This document shows, piece by piece, positions 1-9,510 of a stretch of DNA of 64,000 nucleotides (positions are counted from its first letter, which is position 1; each line of letters opens with the position of its first letter). This DNA is from Thermoplasmata archaeon (GTDB lineage Archaea > Thermoplasmatota > Thermoplasmata > Lutacidiplasmatales > UBA184). The stretch lies in the NCBI GenBank assembly GCA_049584655.1, contig JBAUYF010000007.1, positions 27,288 to 91,287 on the forward strand. The letters are read 5' to 3'. Under the pieces are notes generated by a model, which saw only the letters and a program-made list of their open reading frames with translations, was not told where the DNA came from and did no database searches. The position numbers and the translations under genes were made by a program.

Positions 1-174
1 TTCTTCCCGATGGTGCCAATAATTGATCCCAACGTTCGCCCCGAGGGCGGCCAATCGCAAGACAATCGCTCGACCAATCCCCGTCGCCCCACCCGTCACT
101 AGCCCCGACCGACCCGCGAGCGGCTCCGGCCCCACCCAATCGACGGTTCCGGTGGGCTTAGTCTTCACGGGCAT
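1..174 (-). CDS. Short-chain dehydrogenase/reductase, N-terminal fragment only; the gene runs off the left edge of the window
   Basis: Reverse-strand translation from ATG (plus-strand cat at 172-174) gives MPVKTKPTGTVDWVGPEPLAGRSGLVTGGATGIGRAIVLRLAALGANVGINY. The TGxxxGIG Rossmann motif is typical of SDRs. The ORF is not in the supplied track because it is partial. Confidence 0.5.
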   Translation of the reverse strand, partial: MPVKTKPTGTVDWVGPEPLAGRSGLVTGGATGIGRAIVLRLAALGANVGINYWHHREE

Positions 175-202
175 GACTCCCGTGTTCTTCTTCTGTTCGG
201 GG

Positions 203-216
203 TAAAAAAACGCACG
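203..216 (-). terminator. Oligo-T tract on the minus strand (plus strand reads ggggtaaaaaaacgc); possible archaeal terminator downstream of the small membrane ORF 278..463
   Basis: A run of 7 T on the transcribed strand lies just 3' of a minus-strand ORF. Archaeal termination commonly uses oligo-T. Confidence 0.3.
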
Positions 217-277
217 GCGGAGTCGCGAAGGGGCGCGCGCTCGCTCCACCGGCTGCGGGAATAACTTGCGCGGTGAA

Positions 278-463
278 CTAACTCGATCGGGTGGAGGCGA
301 GCGCGGTAACCAGGAGAATCGCCACGATCACGATCAAGAATAGGTAGAACCAGATGGACTGTAGCAAAAAGGCGACGGTCGTGTAATGGACCAAGAAGAC
401 GATCGAGATCAGTAGCGATAGGGGGAGGAAGACGACCAAGCCCACGCGAGAGGGTCGATTCAT
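278..463 (-). CDS. Small 2-TM membrane protein (61 aa)
   Basis: Internal ATG of the 97-aa track ORF gives MNRPSRVGLVVFLPLSLLISIVFLVHYTTVAFLLQSIWFYLFLIVIVAILLV. Two hydrophobic helices. No homolog recognised. Confidence 0.3.
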   Translation of the reverse strand: MNRPSRVGLVVFLPLSLLISIVFLVHYTTVAFLLQSIWFYLFLIVIVAILLVTALASTRSS

Positions 464-644
464 CCCCGATTCCTCAGATCGGTCGGTCTGATCCGCCGGT
501 GTCGTACAACCACGGGGCAGTGAAATCTTCGGACCGCGGTACTCTCGGACCCAACGACGGGCATAGACCAATGCCTCTAGCTCGGTTTGCGCGGAACAGT
601 CGTGGAAAAGACGTTAAGAATGGTCCCCAGGTCCACTCGCCCCG

Positions 645-1055
645 ATGGCACGTCCGAAAATCGAGTTCGTGTATAGTGGCATTCGCGTTCGCAATCTCGC
701 GAAGGCCGTGCGCTTTTACCGCAAGTTGGGCTTCCGTATTTACCGCCGGGGGAAGATGGAGCATGGAGGAGTCTGGGTCCATCTTCGATTCCCCGGCACC
801 GTGAGCCGACTTGAATTGAACTTCTATCCTCGCGGGAGTCGATTTTACGAAGCGATTCGCAAGGGAACGGAATTCGACCATTTCGGCTTCCGTGTATCCG
901 ATGTCGAAGCCTGGACCCGCCAATTGCGACGATGGCACTTTCCAATCGTGGCCGTAGTCCAGGAAACGCATGAGAATCTCGTGTACACACGCGACCCTGA
1001 CGGTAACTGGGTTGAATTCTTCGGCCCCGTCGCGTCGAAGAAATCCCTAAGCTAG
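645..1055 (+). CDS. VOC / glyoxalase-bleomycin resistance family protein
   Basis: 136 aa. The FYRKLGF...HLRF...LELNFY...DHFGFRV...DPDGNWVEF pattern is typical of glyoxalase I-like VOC domains. A paralog lies at 14044..14520. Confidence 0.75.
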   Translation: MARPKIEFVYSGIRVRNLAKAVRFYRKLGFRIYRRGKMEHGGVWVHLRFPGTVSRLELNFYPRGSRFYEAIRKGTEFDHFGFRVSDVEAWTRQLRRWHFPIVAVVQETHENLVYTRDPDGNWVEFFGPVASKKSLS

Positions 1056-1259
1056 CCCCGATCCGAAGACCACGACCCCAGAGTATTCATACTCCCGGTG
1101 AATTGTGAAAACTGGCCACGGGCCAGGAGGTTTCTGGAGATGACGGCGCGCTGTGATTCATTTGATACTCCGGAAACCGACTGAGTAACCCGTTACTCGC
1201 GTCGGTTCCGGCTCGCCCTCGAGCCGAACAATCCGAGGAACCACCACACAAAACACAAC

Positions 1260-2000
1260 GTGCCGAACGACGCGTACCTTGACGCGAGTGTACACTGGAA
1301 AGTTCGATCCGGAAACGCGACCCTGCATGAACAGCGCTACTCGGAGGTCGTCGAGTCGATACTCGATACGGGACTGGCCACTTCGGTGGTGCAGCAGATC
1401 GGTTCTGGAAAGGAAGCTGGCGTCTTCGCATGTCTGAACGGGCCGCATTTGATCGCCGTCAAGGCGTATCGCTTCTACCAGTCGAGCCACCGAGGGGGTC
1501 GACCGATCAAGCAGGAATCGATGGGCCGTCTCGCGTTGGAAGAGTTGGCGCTCTTGACGCAGGCGTGGACCGGAGGCGCCCGCGTGCCCCGCCCCGGTCG
1601 TCGCGTGGAGAACATGTTCTCGATGCAGTATCTTGGGTCGGTCGAGGGGCCCGCTCCCCGGCTCAACGACGTCGCCCTCGAGGCTCCGGAGGAGTTTCTC
1701 GCCGAGTTATTGGCCAGTACGCGCAAGCTCGCCGACGCGGGCGTGGTCCACTCCGATCTGAGTCCCTTCAACATCCTCGTTCACGACGGGCTCCCCTGGT
1801 TCATCGATCTGGGCCAATGCGTACGGGTGGATCGAGTCGGTACGTCCCCGTGGATCCGGTTGACGGAGGCCGGAGACGCGCTGCGAAGCGGATTCAAGAC
1901 GTTCGACCGCTATTTCCGGAAATATGATCTCCGTGTGGATGTCGAAGCAGAGGTAGCGGCTATCGTGACGAAACTCGATCGTTTCGGCGTCCTGCGCTAA
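1260..2000 (+). CDS. RIO-type atypical serine protein kinase (short form); GTG start
   Basis: GSGKEAGVF P-loop-like motif, catalytic HSDLSPFNILV and DLGQ motifs. Roughly 45 aa precede the P-loop, and no wHTH domain is present. Confidence 0.75.
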   Translation: MPNDAYLDASVHWKVRSGNATLHEQRYSEVVESILDTGLATSVVQQIGSGKEAGVFACLNGPHLIAVKAYRFYQSSHRGGRPIKQESMGRLALEELALLTQAWTGGARVPRPGRRVENMFSMQYLGSVEGPAPRLNDVALEAPEEFLAELLASTRKLADAGVVHSDLSPFNILVHDGLPWFIDLGQCVRVDRVGTSPWIRLTEAGDALRSGFKTFDRYFRKYDLRVDVEAEVAAIVTKLDRFGVLR

Positions 2001-2046
2001 TCTCGACCTTCCTTTCGTGCGGAATCCCCGGATTTCGTAGGCGAGG

Positions 2047-3429
2047 CTACCACCGAGCTCCCGGACTATCGCGACCGGAACTAACTCGGTCGTAGGACTC
2101 CACCGCACGAGCGAAGATCTCGCGTAGGCGCGGGGCCGCACGTTTGACGTGGCAGATGCGGGCCGTATGGTAGCCGGCCTCTCCCATACGTCGGGCGCGC
2201 TCCGGCTGGCTGAGGAGCGTCGCCATGCTCGTCACGAGCGCGCGTACGGAGCCCGGTCGCACGGCGTATCCGTTGAAGTCGTCATTGACGAGTTCCGCCA
2301 CCCCGGCCCCTTGGCTGACGACGACCGGGAGTCGATGCATCCATGCCTCAATGACCACGAGACCGAATCCTTCCCACGGGGCCGGATGGACGAAGAGACT
2401 TGCCCCCTCGTAGGCCGCCCGGAGGTCCTCATTCGAAACGTTCCCCGTGAGGATCACCGATTTCTCGAGCTTGAGATCTCGAATCTGCACGCGCAAGCGT
2501 TGCAGCCAGGCGTCTGACTTCGTCGGCTCGTTGATCTTCGATGCTTGCCGCGAGGAGAAACTCTCCCCCCCTACGAGTACCAAGCGATGGTCCGGAAATC
2601 GATCCCGAAGTTGGGCGAAGGCGGCGATGACCAAGTCGTGGCGTTTCACGGGATCCATGCGGCCGACGCATAGCGTGTACGGAGCGTGCCCGACCCCGCT
2701 CCGTGCTCGAAACTCCGCGATCGCCCGGTCGGAAGCGGGGCGATTCTCGTTCGGATCAATATACGGATAGACTTGGAACGCTCGTCCATGGAATCCGTGC
2801 CGGATCAATTCCTCGAGGCCCGCGCGGGTGCTCACGACGATGGCGTCAAATCCCTCCATCGACCGAAGGAAGAATCGACGCACGGGCTCCGGATAACCCC
2901 GAAATTCGAGGGGAATGTGCCAACGCATGAGCGCGGGTGAGGCCGACCCGATCATGCCGCCGACGAGGATCTGCTGAAAGTCGTTCACATAGAACAGGTC
3001 GTAGTCGTTCATGTGATGGAGCAAGTGCTGCGCGGTACGGTGGTTGTACTCCACGAAAGCCTGGTACTCTTCGGGGCGGAACGGTTCGAGTCCCCGGGGA
3101 CCATGAAAGGAACGCCAGACGGCTTCCTTGAACGAATTGTAGCGCTCGCGGAGATCGGCTTCGAGCGGAACGGTTTCAACGGTGTATCCTTCGTCGATCG
3201 TGAACTCCGTCGGAAGGTCCGGCCCTTGCTGCACGACCCACCGAGGATTGGGTGCAATCCAGTGGCCTAAGCCAGTCCGCAATAAGGATCGCATCATTGG
3301 AACCACCCCGCCCACGTTCGGAATGTAGTCGCGCCCGACCTTCCAGGGCCCCCGACGTGGCGGCGAGCGCCCACCGATTGGTTGGATCGGCGGCGTTTGC
3401 GAACTGATACAAATTCTGAGCATTCTCAC
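2047..3429 (-). CDS. GT4-family glycosyltransferase resembling trehalose glycosyltransferring synthase (TreT)
   Basis: GGV..M..L, WHIPL, YIDPN, VGRMDPVKRHD...LVLVGG and EGFGLVVIEAW...G motifs match GT4/TreT-type enzymes as I remember them. Start is GTG at 3429 or ATG at 3423. Confidence 0.7.
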   Translation of the reverse strand: MRMLRICISSQTPPIQPIGGRSPPRRGPWKVGRDYIPNVGGVVPMMRSLLRTGLGHWIAPNPRWVVQQGPDLPTEFTIDEGYTVETVPLEADLRERYNSFKEAVWRSFHGPRGLEPFRPEEYQAFVEYNHRTAQHLLHHMNDYDLFYVNDFQQILVGGMIGSASPALMRWHIPLEFRGYPEPVRRFFLRSMEGFDAIVVSTRAGLEELIRHGFHGRAFQVYPYIDPNENRPASDRAIAEFRARSGVGHAPYTLCVGRMDPVKRHDLVIAAFAQLRDRFPDHRLVLVGGESFSSRQASKINEPTKSDAWLQRLRVQIRDLKLEKSVILTGNVSNEDLRAAYEGASLFVHPAPWEGFGLVVIEAWMHRLPVVVSQGAGVAELVNDDFNGYAVRPGSVRALVTSMATLLSQPERARRMGEAGYHTARICHVKRAAPRLREIFARAVESYDRVSSGRDSPGARW

Positions 3430-3629
3430 CGATCCTACACCGGGCGGATCTCGTCGTTCCCTCCCCGGTACCTCCGGAGGTCTTTAGCTCATTTGGGCAC
3501 GGTACGAGCTCGGCGATCCTCACTGGCTTCAGTCGACGAATTAGATGCGGATTCGTGCTCTCGGAGAGGAAGTACACCGCGAGGATGTCGCCGGCCCACG
3601 CGCGAATCGCCGGCATTTGCCGAGCAGTC

Positions 3630-4082
3630 TCAATGGCGCGCGACCAAGCTTGCACGGTAAACGCCTAGGACGGCGATGGAGACGCCGACTCCTAGGAGTC
3701 CTACCGGTACCCAAATTTCGTGGGCCAGGGTGCCGATCGAGACGCCAATGCCGGCGGTTGTCCAGAGGAAGCCTGCGCCTGCGAGTGCGGTTGAGAGTTC
3801 GAATCGACCCGCTCCTACGGCGACGGCGGCGGCGAGAAAGAAGATGACGCCCAGCACCGCAAGAAAGGTGCCGAATCCGAGGAAGGTCATCAGGCCGGCT
3901 ACGGCGGTCAGAACGGCGAGGAGCGTGGCGGCGGTCCACCAAGCCACGGTGTCGGCGAGGTCTGGGAATTCCGAGGTTCGGTAGGATCCCGCGGTAGCGA
4001 CGCGTCCGCCGACTCGAAAGACGGGAGTGTCAGGGCGCGGTTCAGTGGTCACAGCGGTAATGCTCGGATTCCACACGCACAC
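3630..4082 (-). CDS. Hypothetical multi-pass membrane protein
   Basis: 150-aa ORF with 3-4 hydrophobic helices rich in Ala/Gly/Leu. The start is uncertain. Confidence 0.35.
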   Translation of the reverse strand: MCVWNPSITAVTTEPRPDTPVFRVGGRVATAGSYRTSEFPDLADTVAWWTAATLLAVLTAVAGLMTFLGFGTFLAVLGVIFFLAAAVAVGAGRFELSTALAGAGFLWTTAGIGVSIGTLAHEIWVPVGLLGVGVSIAVLGVYRASLVARH

Positions 4083-4138
4083 TTATCCTAAGCCGAACGG
4101 AGCGGAGTCCCCTAGCCTACGTGGCCGGGCGAGTCCGT

Positions 4139-4714
4139 TCAGAGAGCCAAATACAGGAAGTACGCCGCGAACGCCAGAAGGAAACCTGTCGCGACAACCA
4201 CGACGGTCGATTCGAGCTGTGGGCGCGACTGCACCCCCCGATGGACCGCCGTCGGGAAGACGACGATCCAGACTGCGATGGCAGAGAAGAGACCTACGAA
4301 CAGGACCAACCCTCCCAGAAAAGCGAAGGCGAGCCCAGCGGTGAGCCACCAAAGAATTTGAAACGGATTTCCGATGCCCAGTAACAACGCTTGCGCGTAA
4401 ACTCGGATGCTCGACGGGGTGGCTCCGGCGGGACCCCGCCTCGATCGGAGCAGCAGGATGGCGTACAGCGTCATGACGCAGGCTCCCGACAGGTAGACGA
4501 CCCGAATCTCGGCCGTCAGGCTGACGGAGGATCGGAGCAGAAAGACGACAGCTCCGAGTACGGCGTCGGCGCTCATGGCACCCGCTCCCGCTACCACGCC
4601 GTTGCGTAAGGACCGAACGGCCTGGCTCGAGATGAAGGCATTCATGGGACCCGGCGGGATCGTCAGGGAAAAGCCGAGGGCGAGCCCGAGCAGCAGGAAG
4701 TAACTCGTCTGCAA
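4139..4714 (-). CDS. LysE/RhtB-family amino-acid exporter
   Basis: 191 aa with six hydrophobic segments. The N-terminal LLLGLALGFSLTIPPGPMN motif is characteristic of LysE-type translocators. Confidence 0.7.
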   Translation of the reverse strand: MQTSYFLLLGLALGFSLTIPPGPMNAFISSQAVRSLRNGVVAGAGAMSADAVLGAVVFLLRSSVSLTAEIRVVYLSGACVMTLYAILLLRSRRGPAGATPSSIRVYAQALLLGIGNPFQILWWLTAGLAFAFLGGLVLFVGLFSAIAVWIVVFPTAVHRGVQSRPQLESTVVVVATGFLLAFAAYFLYLAL

Positions 4715-4794
4715 TGGTCTCCTCCGTCGTCGGCGAGATTATTTCACCGGGAGAATTCCCGCATCGGTCGGCTGACTCGGGATGGGGATGCGGT

Positions 4795-5571
4795 TTAGGT
4801 TCCGAACGTTCGGGTGACGCGAACAGTTCCTGCCAATACGAAGGCGGGCGCCAACAACGCGAGGACCGGCGCCGCGAGCAGCAAGTATTGCGCTCCCTCG
4901 AAGGGGGTAAAAAGGAAAATGAAGGGTCCGACCAGAACCAAAAGTAGGATCGCATAGAGCGCGCCCCCGCCAGAAAGAGCCGGTTGACCGTATCGGGCGG
5001 CGCTCAGAATCAAACCCGCCACAATACCCACGGCGCCTATCCAACCCAACCAGAAACCAATGAGTGCGATCGAGGCGCCGATGGGCTGCGTAGATTTGAG
5101 ACAGGAGTAGATGTGCCCCGGTTGACCTCGTAGGCACGAAACCATGCTATTCGCCGAGCCGAGCACGATGGCGGCGACAATGACGATGAGGAGGAACCCG
5201 ATGGATCCGATCAAACAGAGTATCGAGGCAACGCGAAATCCCCCCGACACCTTTCGGAGGGCCGAAAAGGCCCGTCGATACTCGAAGAGGGATACGAGGA
5301 AAAGCAGAGCTCCGGCGAGCAGGGCGATACTGACGACATCGATGAGCGAGTTGCCGTAGGTGAAGAATCCACCCGGCTCGTACGTGCTAAGCCAGAGGAA
5401 CGTTACCGGGAGAACGAACAATGCGATCGCTGCTGCCAATCCCAGACCGGCCCCGGTCCCGAGGCGCCGAACTCCTCGTTGGTCTTCCTTCAAGATCAGG
5501 TGGCTTGCGATCATATTGTCATGCTGGAGGGAGCTCCCCGGACCAGGGCGCGGGAGAGTCAGAGAGCCCAA
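4795..5571 (-). CDS. Integral membrane protein of unknown function (7-8 TM)
   Basis: 258-aa hydrophobic ORF with normal composition. It is divergent from 5817..6740. Confidence 0.55.
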   Translation of the reverse strand: MGSLTLPRPGPGSSLQHDNMIASHLILKEDQRGVRRLGTGAGLGLAAAIALFVLPVTFLWLSTYEPGGFFTYGNSLIDVVSIALLAGALLFLVSLFEYRRAFSALRKVSGGFRVASILCLIGSIGFLLIVIVAAIVLGSANSMVSCLRGQPGHIYSCLKSTQPIGASIALIGFWLGWIGAVGIVAGLILSAARYGQPALSGGGALYAILLLVLVGPFIFLFTPFEGAQYLLLAAPVLALLAPAFVLAGTVRVTRTFGT

Positions 5572-5816
5572 CTCGGTGGCAATCGGGAATCGCCGGGAGA
5601 TTATCTACCCAACGGACCGGACGAAATGATACCCATCCGGAGGCACGCCCGGTAACTTAGGTAGGGCGACCCACGTATCCTAGAAAGTCAGGGCTCGGAG
5701 TTCGACGACCGTTTACGACCGAGCCGGAGTTCGTACGTAACCCGCTTCATAAGCCAAGTGGATGCGACCGCCACCGGGGGGCTCAACCGGCCCCGCAGTG
5801 GAGCGAACGTCGCGGC

Positions 5817-6740
5817 ATGTTCAATGTGGAAGTAGTCGTCGCGCTCGCGATTCTCGCCGGGCTAATGGCCGGCGGGAACTCCTACATCTTTGTACAGTTC
5901 TTCCCCCGTCGGGGGGGGACCCCCAATTTGGGCCGGGCGATCCTCGTAGCGGGGCTGCTCGGTTCGTCCCTTTGCGTCTGGCTTGCGGTGATGTGGGCCG
6001 TCGTGGTACCCAGCTTCGGAGCTTGGCTCGCGGTCTTCCTCGGTATGAATTCCATGATGGTGGCGGTTGGCGTCTGGTTCGTCGCCATCTTCCTTCGCGC
6101 AGAAGAAAGGATGGTGCCTTCCGGGAGCTGGGGTTGGGCGGCAACGTTGTCCCTCTTGGTGATCGGGAATGAACTATTCATGGGAACATCGTTCGTCGGA
6201 GCCGTGGGAGGTCCCGGCGCTCTCTTGGCGGGATCCACTCCGACCCTGATCTCGGGATTCACGGCGTCCGTCAACTCGTTGTGGTTCTTCTGGGCGATGC
6301 TCGCAAATCTGACCTGGCTCGTCCTCTGGCTCCCCCTCGCTCGGAACGAAAAGGAGGCGTTGCTTGGTCTGAGCTCCGTAACGATCGTAGGCCCCTGGGT
6401 GCTTTGGAGCCCGTTCTGGGGACCGCTGGCCCTCCTCCTAGTGGTAGTGATGGTGGCCCTTCTCGTACTTCGATCGTACCGCGCCACGACCCAACCCACT
6501 GTCCGCTACTCCAGGATCGTGACTGGGTCGATTGCGGGGCTGGTGACCGTCGCGGGGGGCGCGACCATTGCCGGGCTGACTGCTGATTCTCCATTCGGAT
6601 CCCTCGCGTGGGCATCGGCTGCCTTCTTCGTTCTCTTCTTCCAACTCCTGTTCTTGTCTCAGTCGGCGTTGAAGCATACGACGCCGGCCGCGGCCAGCAC
6701 CTCCCTACCACTCACGGCACCTAGCGCCGCCTCCGAGTGA
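5817..6740 (+). CDS. Integral membrane protein of unknown function
   Basis: 307 aa with about 8 predicted TM helices. No recognised family. Confidence 0.55.
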   Translation: MFNVEVVVALAILAGLMAGGNSYIFVQFFPRRGGTPNLGRAILVAGLLGSSLCVWLAVMWAVVVPSFGAWLAVFLGMNSMMVAVGVWFVAIFLRAEERMVPSGSWGWAATLSLLVIGNELFMGTSFVGAVGGPGALLAGSTPTLISGFTASVNSLWFFWAMLANLTWLVLWLPLARNEKEALLGLSSVTIVGPWVLWSPFWGPLALLLVVVMVALLVLRSYRATTQPTVRYSRIVTGSIAGLVTVAGGATIAGLTADSPFGSLAWASAAFFVLFFQLLFLSQSALKHTTPAAASTSLPLTAPSAASE

Positions 6741-6839
6741 AAGCGAGTCGAGGGCGTCGAGAGCTGAGTGCTCCCGTTTGGCGAACCCACCGCCGATAAC
6801 GGGATCGAGCTCCTGCCCAGGCGGATGTAATGAGGGTCG

Positions 6840-7550
6840 GTGGCTCCTACCTATGGAAGTTCAATGCCGGCCTCATGTCCCGATTGCGGTGCCCAGGTGG
6901 AGTACGTCTCCGAGCCGGCACGCCTCCTCTCCGGCACCTGCGGGTCCTGCCATCACGAATTCACGATTGTGGGGGGTCACCTCGACGTCAAGCCCGCACC
7001 GGATGCCCGGTCTCGGGCGGAGGTCGGCGCCGAGGGGCCAGCGGCTCCGCAAGGGCCGACCTGCCCAGATTGCGGCGCCCCGACCGCGTTGAGGGTGACC
7101 TCCTCGCGTTCGATTGAGTCGGTCTGCTCCGACTGCGACTCGACGCGTATGTTCGTTCTATCGGACGGAAGTCGACCACCTGCGCGCGAGCCCCGATCCG
7201 ATCGGGGTTGGCGCGATGACGGGGATCGTCGAGCGCCTTCGGCCAGTCGTCCCTGCCGGCAATGCGGCGCCCCGCTGACTTTCACCACGGGTGAAGACGG
7301 GCTGTTGACGGGAGAATGCACCCAGTGCGGGAACCGGTTTACGCTCCCCGCACGCCGTGACTCAGGGGGCCCGCGCAACGATCGCCGCGAGCGCCCGTCA
7401 TTCGGACGCAGCCGTCCCTCCGGATATTCCGGGGGTCGGAACTTCTCCCGCGGCTCGGGGCGACCTCCATCCTACGAGCGAAGGGGCCGACGGAACGATT
7501 CGTCGGACGATGCGGAGGCGCCTCGCCGTCGGCGGCCGCGGCGCGAGTAG
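6840..7550 (+). CDS. Triple zinc-ribbon protein with an RG/RGG-rich C-terminal tail
   Basis: Three tandem CxxCGA-x15-20-CxxC-x3-F(T/V)(I/L) modules: CPDCGA..CGSCHHEFTIV, CPDCGA..CSDCDSTRMFVL and CRQCGA..CTQCGNRFTLP. The tail reads RSRPSGYSGGRNFSRGSGRPPSYERRGRR. Confidence 0.65.
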   Translation: MAPTYGSSMPASCPDCGAQVEYVSEPARLLSGTCGSCHHEFTIVGGHLDVKPAPDARSRAEVGAEGPAAPQGPTCPDCGAPTALRVTSSRSIESVCSDCDSTRMFVLSDGSRPPAREPRSDRGWRDDGDRRAPSASRPCRQCGAPLTFTTGEDGLLTGECTQCGNRFTLPARRDSGGPRNDRRERPSFGRSRPSGYSGGRNFSRGSGRPPSYERRGRRNDSSDDAEAPRRRRPRRE

Positions 7551-7660
7551 GGCTTCTCTGGAATTCGCGAAGGGTCGTTGCGGGATTCTTGGTCGATTGA
7601 CCCGTGCTGAAGGAGCAGGACGCTCGGAGCGGGACCTGTCTGCCGACCGGGTGGTTCGGT

Positions 7661-8566
7661 CTAAGTGAATTCTTCCCGAGCGAAGAAATAGAGACCCGCC
7701 AGCGCCGTGAGCACGAAGTACCCCGCCATGATGATTAGCCCCTCTAGGTAGGTGGGCGCGTACGTCGTGACGGTCGTCGTTCGGCCCCGCGGGCCGGTCA
7801 TGGTGGAGGTCGACACGTGCGCCGGTAGGGTGGAAAGGAAGGGATACGTGATCACCTGCTGGGCATACGTGATGATGAACCACGGTTCGATCTTCACGAG
7901 CACGGTGATTAGTTCTTCGATGATCGAGAATCCGAACAAGAACAAGACGGCGACGACGAGGACGGCGTAGAGGCTGTTCTTGAACATGGAACTAAAGAGA
8001 AAGACAGCGCCGAGCAGGGCGAGCAGGTAGAGCACCGCGATGGCGAAGGATTCGAAGAGCGCTACGGGAAACGCATTCACCCCGAGGTAGACGGCTCCGT
8101 TCGCGAGGAGGATCGCGAGATAGACTACCACGGCAACCAGGGAGGCGATCAGAGCCGCGAGGAACTTGCCCACATAGACGCTGTCGCGACGGATCGGGAG
8201 GCCCATCAGGAAGTATCCGGTCTTGTTCTGGAACTCCCCTGCGATCGCGTCCCCGCCGAAGATGATCCCGGCGAAGATGATCACGACCGTCACCCCGCCG
8301 CCCCAGAACGACCCATAGAAGGCATCGGAACTCGCGGTCAACCCCGACACCGTGGAGGAGCCATGGAAGTACGCCAGTACGAACGAAATGATGGCACCGA
8401 TCGCCGCCACGATTGCCATCATCAGCACGAACCGACGGGATCGGAGATAGTCCCTGAGTTGGTACCGAGAGAGGATCAGGGCCTGCGTCAGCGTGTCGGG
8501 AACTGAACCGATCGCCCCGTCCCCTCGAGGCGCGTTGGCGATCGCCGTAGCCGACGGAGTGCTCAT
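7661..8566 (-). CDS. ABC-2 family transporter permease
   Basis: 301 aa with six TM segments. The start overlaps the stop of the upstream ATPase gene (ATGA at 8563-8566), suggesting an operon. Confidence 0.7.
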   Translation of the reverse strand: MSTPSATAIANAPRGDGAIGSVPDTLTQALILSRYQLRDYLRSRRFVLMMAIVAAIGAIISFVLAYFHGSSTVSGLTASSDAFYGSFWGGGVTVVIIFAGIIFGGDAIAGEFQNKTGYFLMGLPIRRDSVYVGKFLAALIASLVAVVVYLAILLANGAVYLGVNAFPVALFESFAIAVLYLLALLGAVFLFSSMFKNSLYAVLVVAVLFLFGFSIIEELITVLVKIEPWFIITYAQQVITYPFLSTLPAHVSTSTMTGPRGRTTTVTTYAPTYLEGLIIMAGYFVLTALAGLYFFAREEFT

Positions 8567-9510
8567 GCGTCCCCCACCGAGATCTCACGCAAGTAGACCT
8601 CCTCCAGCGCCGATCGCGATTCGCGGAAACTGAGAAGCCCGAGATGGAGCGCTGCGATCTTTTCGAGCAGTACGCTCTGCTCGGCCCGTCCCCCTTTGAC
8701 TTGCAACGAGATCCGTTGAGAAGCGACGCGCGTGACGCCGGCCACCTCTGGCAGCCCGGCGATCGTGCCGTTTAGGACCGCGTCGTCTATGGGGGCAGCG
8801 AACTCGGCCTCGACCGATTGGACCCCGCCGCCTAGACGTCGCGTGACGTTCTCCAGGGAGTCGGCGAAGAGTAACTTCCCATGGTCGATGAGCGCTACGT
8901 CGTCACAGACGTCGACAACTTCGCTGAGGATATGACTGCTCATGAAGATCAGACGATGACCCTTCTTGAGACCACGAACGATGTCGCGGACCTCCGCCAT
9001 TCCCCGAGGGTCGAGCCCAGTGCTCGGCTCATCGAGGATTACGACCTCGGGGTCCGAAAGGAGCGCCGCGGCGATGTTGACGCGCTGTTTCATGCCCTTG
9101 GAGAAGCGGCCCACTTTGTGGGTGGCCCATTCTGACATCTTCACTTCCTCCAAGACGATAGCCGTCCGAGAGCGGATCTCCTCCGGCCGCATCCCGCGCA
9201 GGGCGCCGCTCATCTCGAGAGCCTCCCGGGGGGAGAGCGACGGGTAGATCTCGGGGGTTTCCACCAAGTCGCCGCAGGACGCGAGGGCCCGTCGACGATC
9301 CGCTTGGACGGATACACCGTTGATGAAGGCCTCCCCTTCGGTCGGAAAAATCAGGTCCGTGAACATCTTGAGGGTGGTGGTCTTTCCCGCCCCGTTCGGC
9401 CCTAGGAATCCCATACATCGGGCTCCTTCGACCTTCAGATTGAGATGGTCTAGCGCCGTGAACGCGCCGAACCGCTTGGTCAGATCTATCGCTTGAACGC
9501 TCGGTGACAT
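8563..9510 (-). CDS. ABC transporter ATP-binding protein
   Basis: Walker A GPNGAGKTT, signature LSGGMRQRV-like (FSKGMKQRVNIAAAL), and Walker B ILDEPSTGLD. The probable start is MSPSVQAIDLTKRFG (ATG, cat at 9508-9510). Confidence 0.85.
   Translation of the reverse strand: MSPSVQAIDLTKRFGAFTALDHLNLKVEGARCMGFLGPNGAGKTTTLKMFTDLIFPTEGEAFINGVSVQADRRRALASCGDLVETPEIYPSLSPREALEMSGALRGMRPEEIRSRTAIVLEEVKMSEWATHKVGRFSKGMKQRVNIAAALLSDPEVVILDEPSTGLDPRGMAEVRDIVRGLKKGHRLIFMSSHILSEVVDVCDDVALIDHGKLLFADSLENVTRRLGGGVQSVEAEFAAPIDDAVLNGTIAGLPEVAGVTRVASQRISLQVKGGRAEQSVLLEKIAALHLGLLSFRESRSALEEVYLREISVGDA

Noticed and set aside
23-205. 60-aa plus-strand ORF at the window start
   Set aside because: It overlaps the minus-strand SDR N-terminal coding region (1..174), which carries a clear TGxxxGIG Rossmann motif. 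The plus-strand ORF is Pro/Thr/Arg-rich.
474-990. ORFs 474..971 and 577..990 on the minus strand, plus 499..804 on the plus strand
   Set aside because: They are antisense or out-of-frame to the well-supported VOC gene 645..1055. Arg/Ser/Pro-rich composition is typical of spurious ORFs in a high-GC genome.
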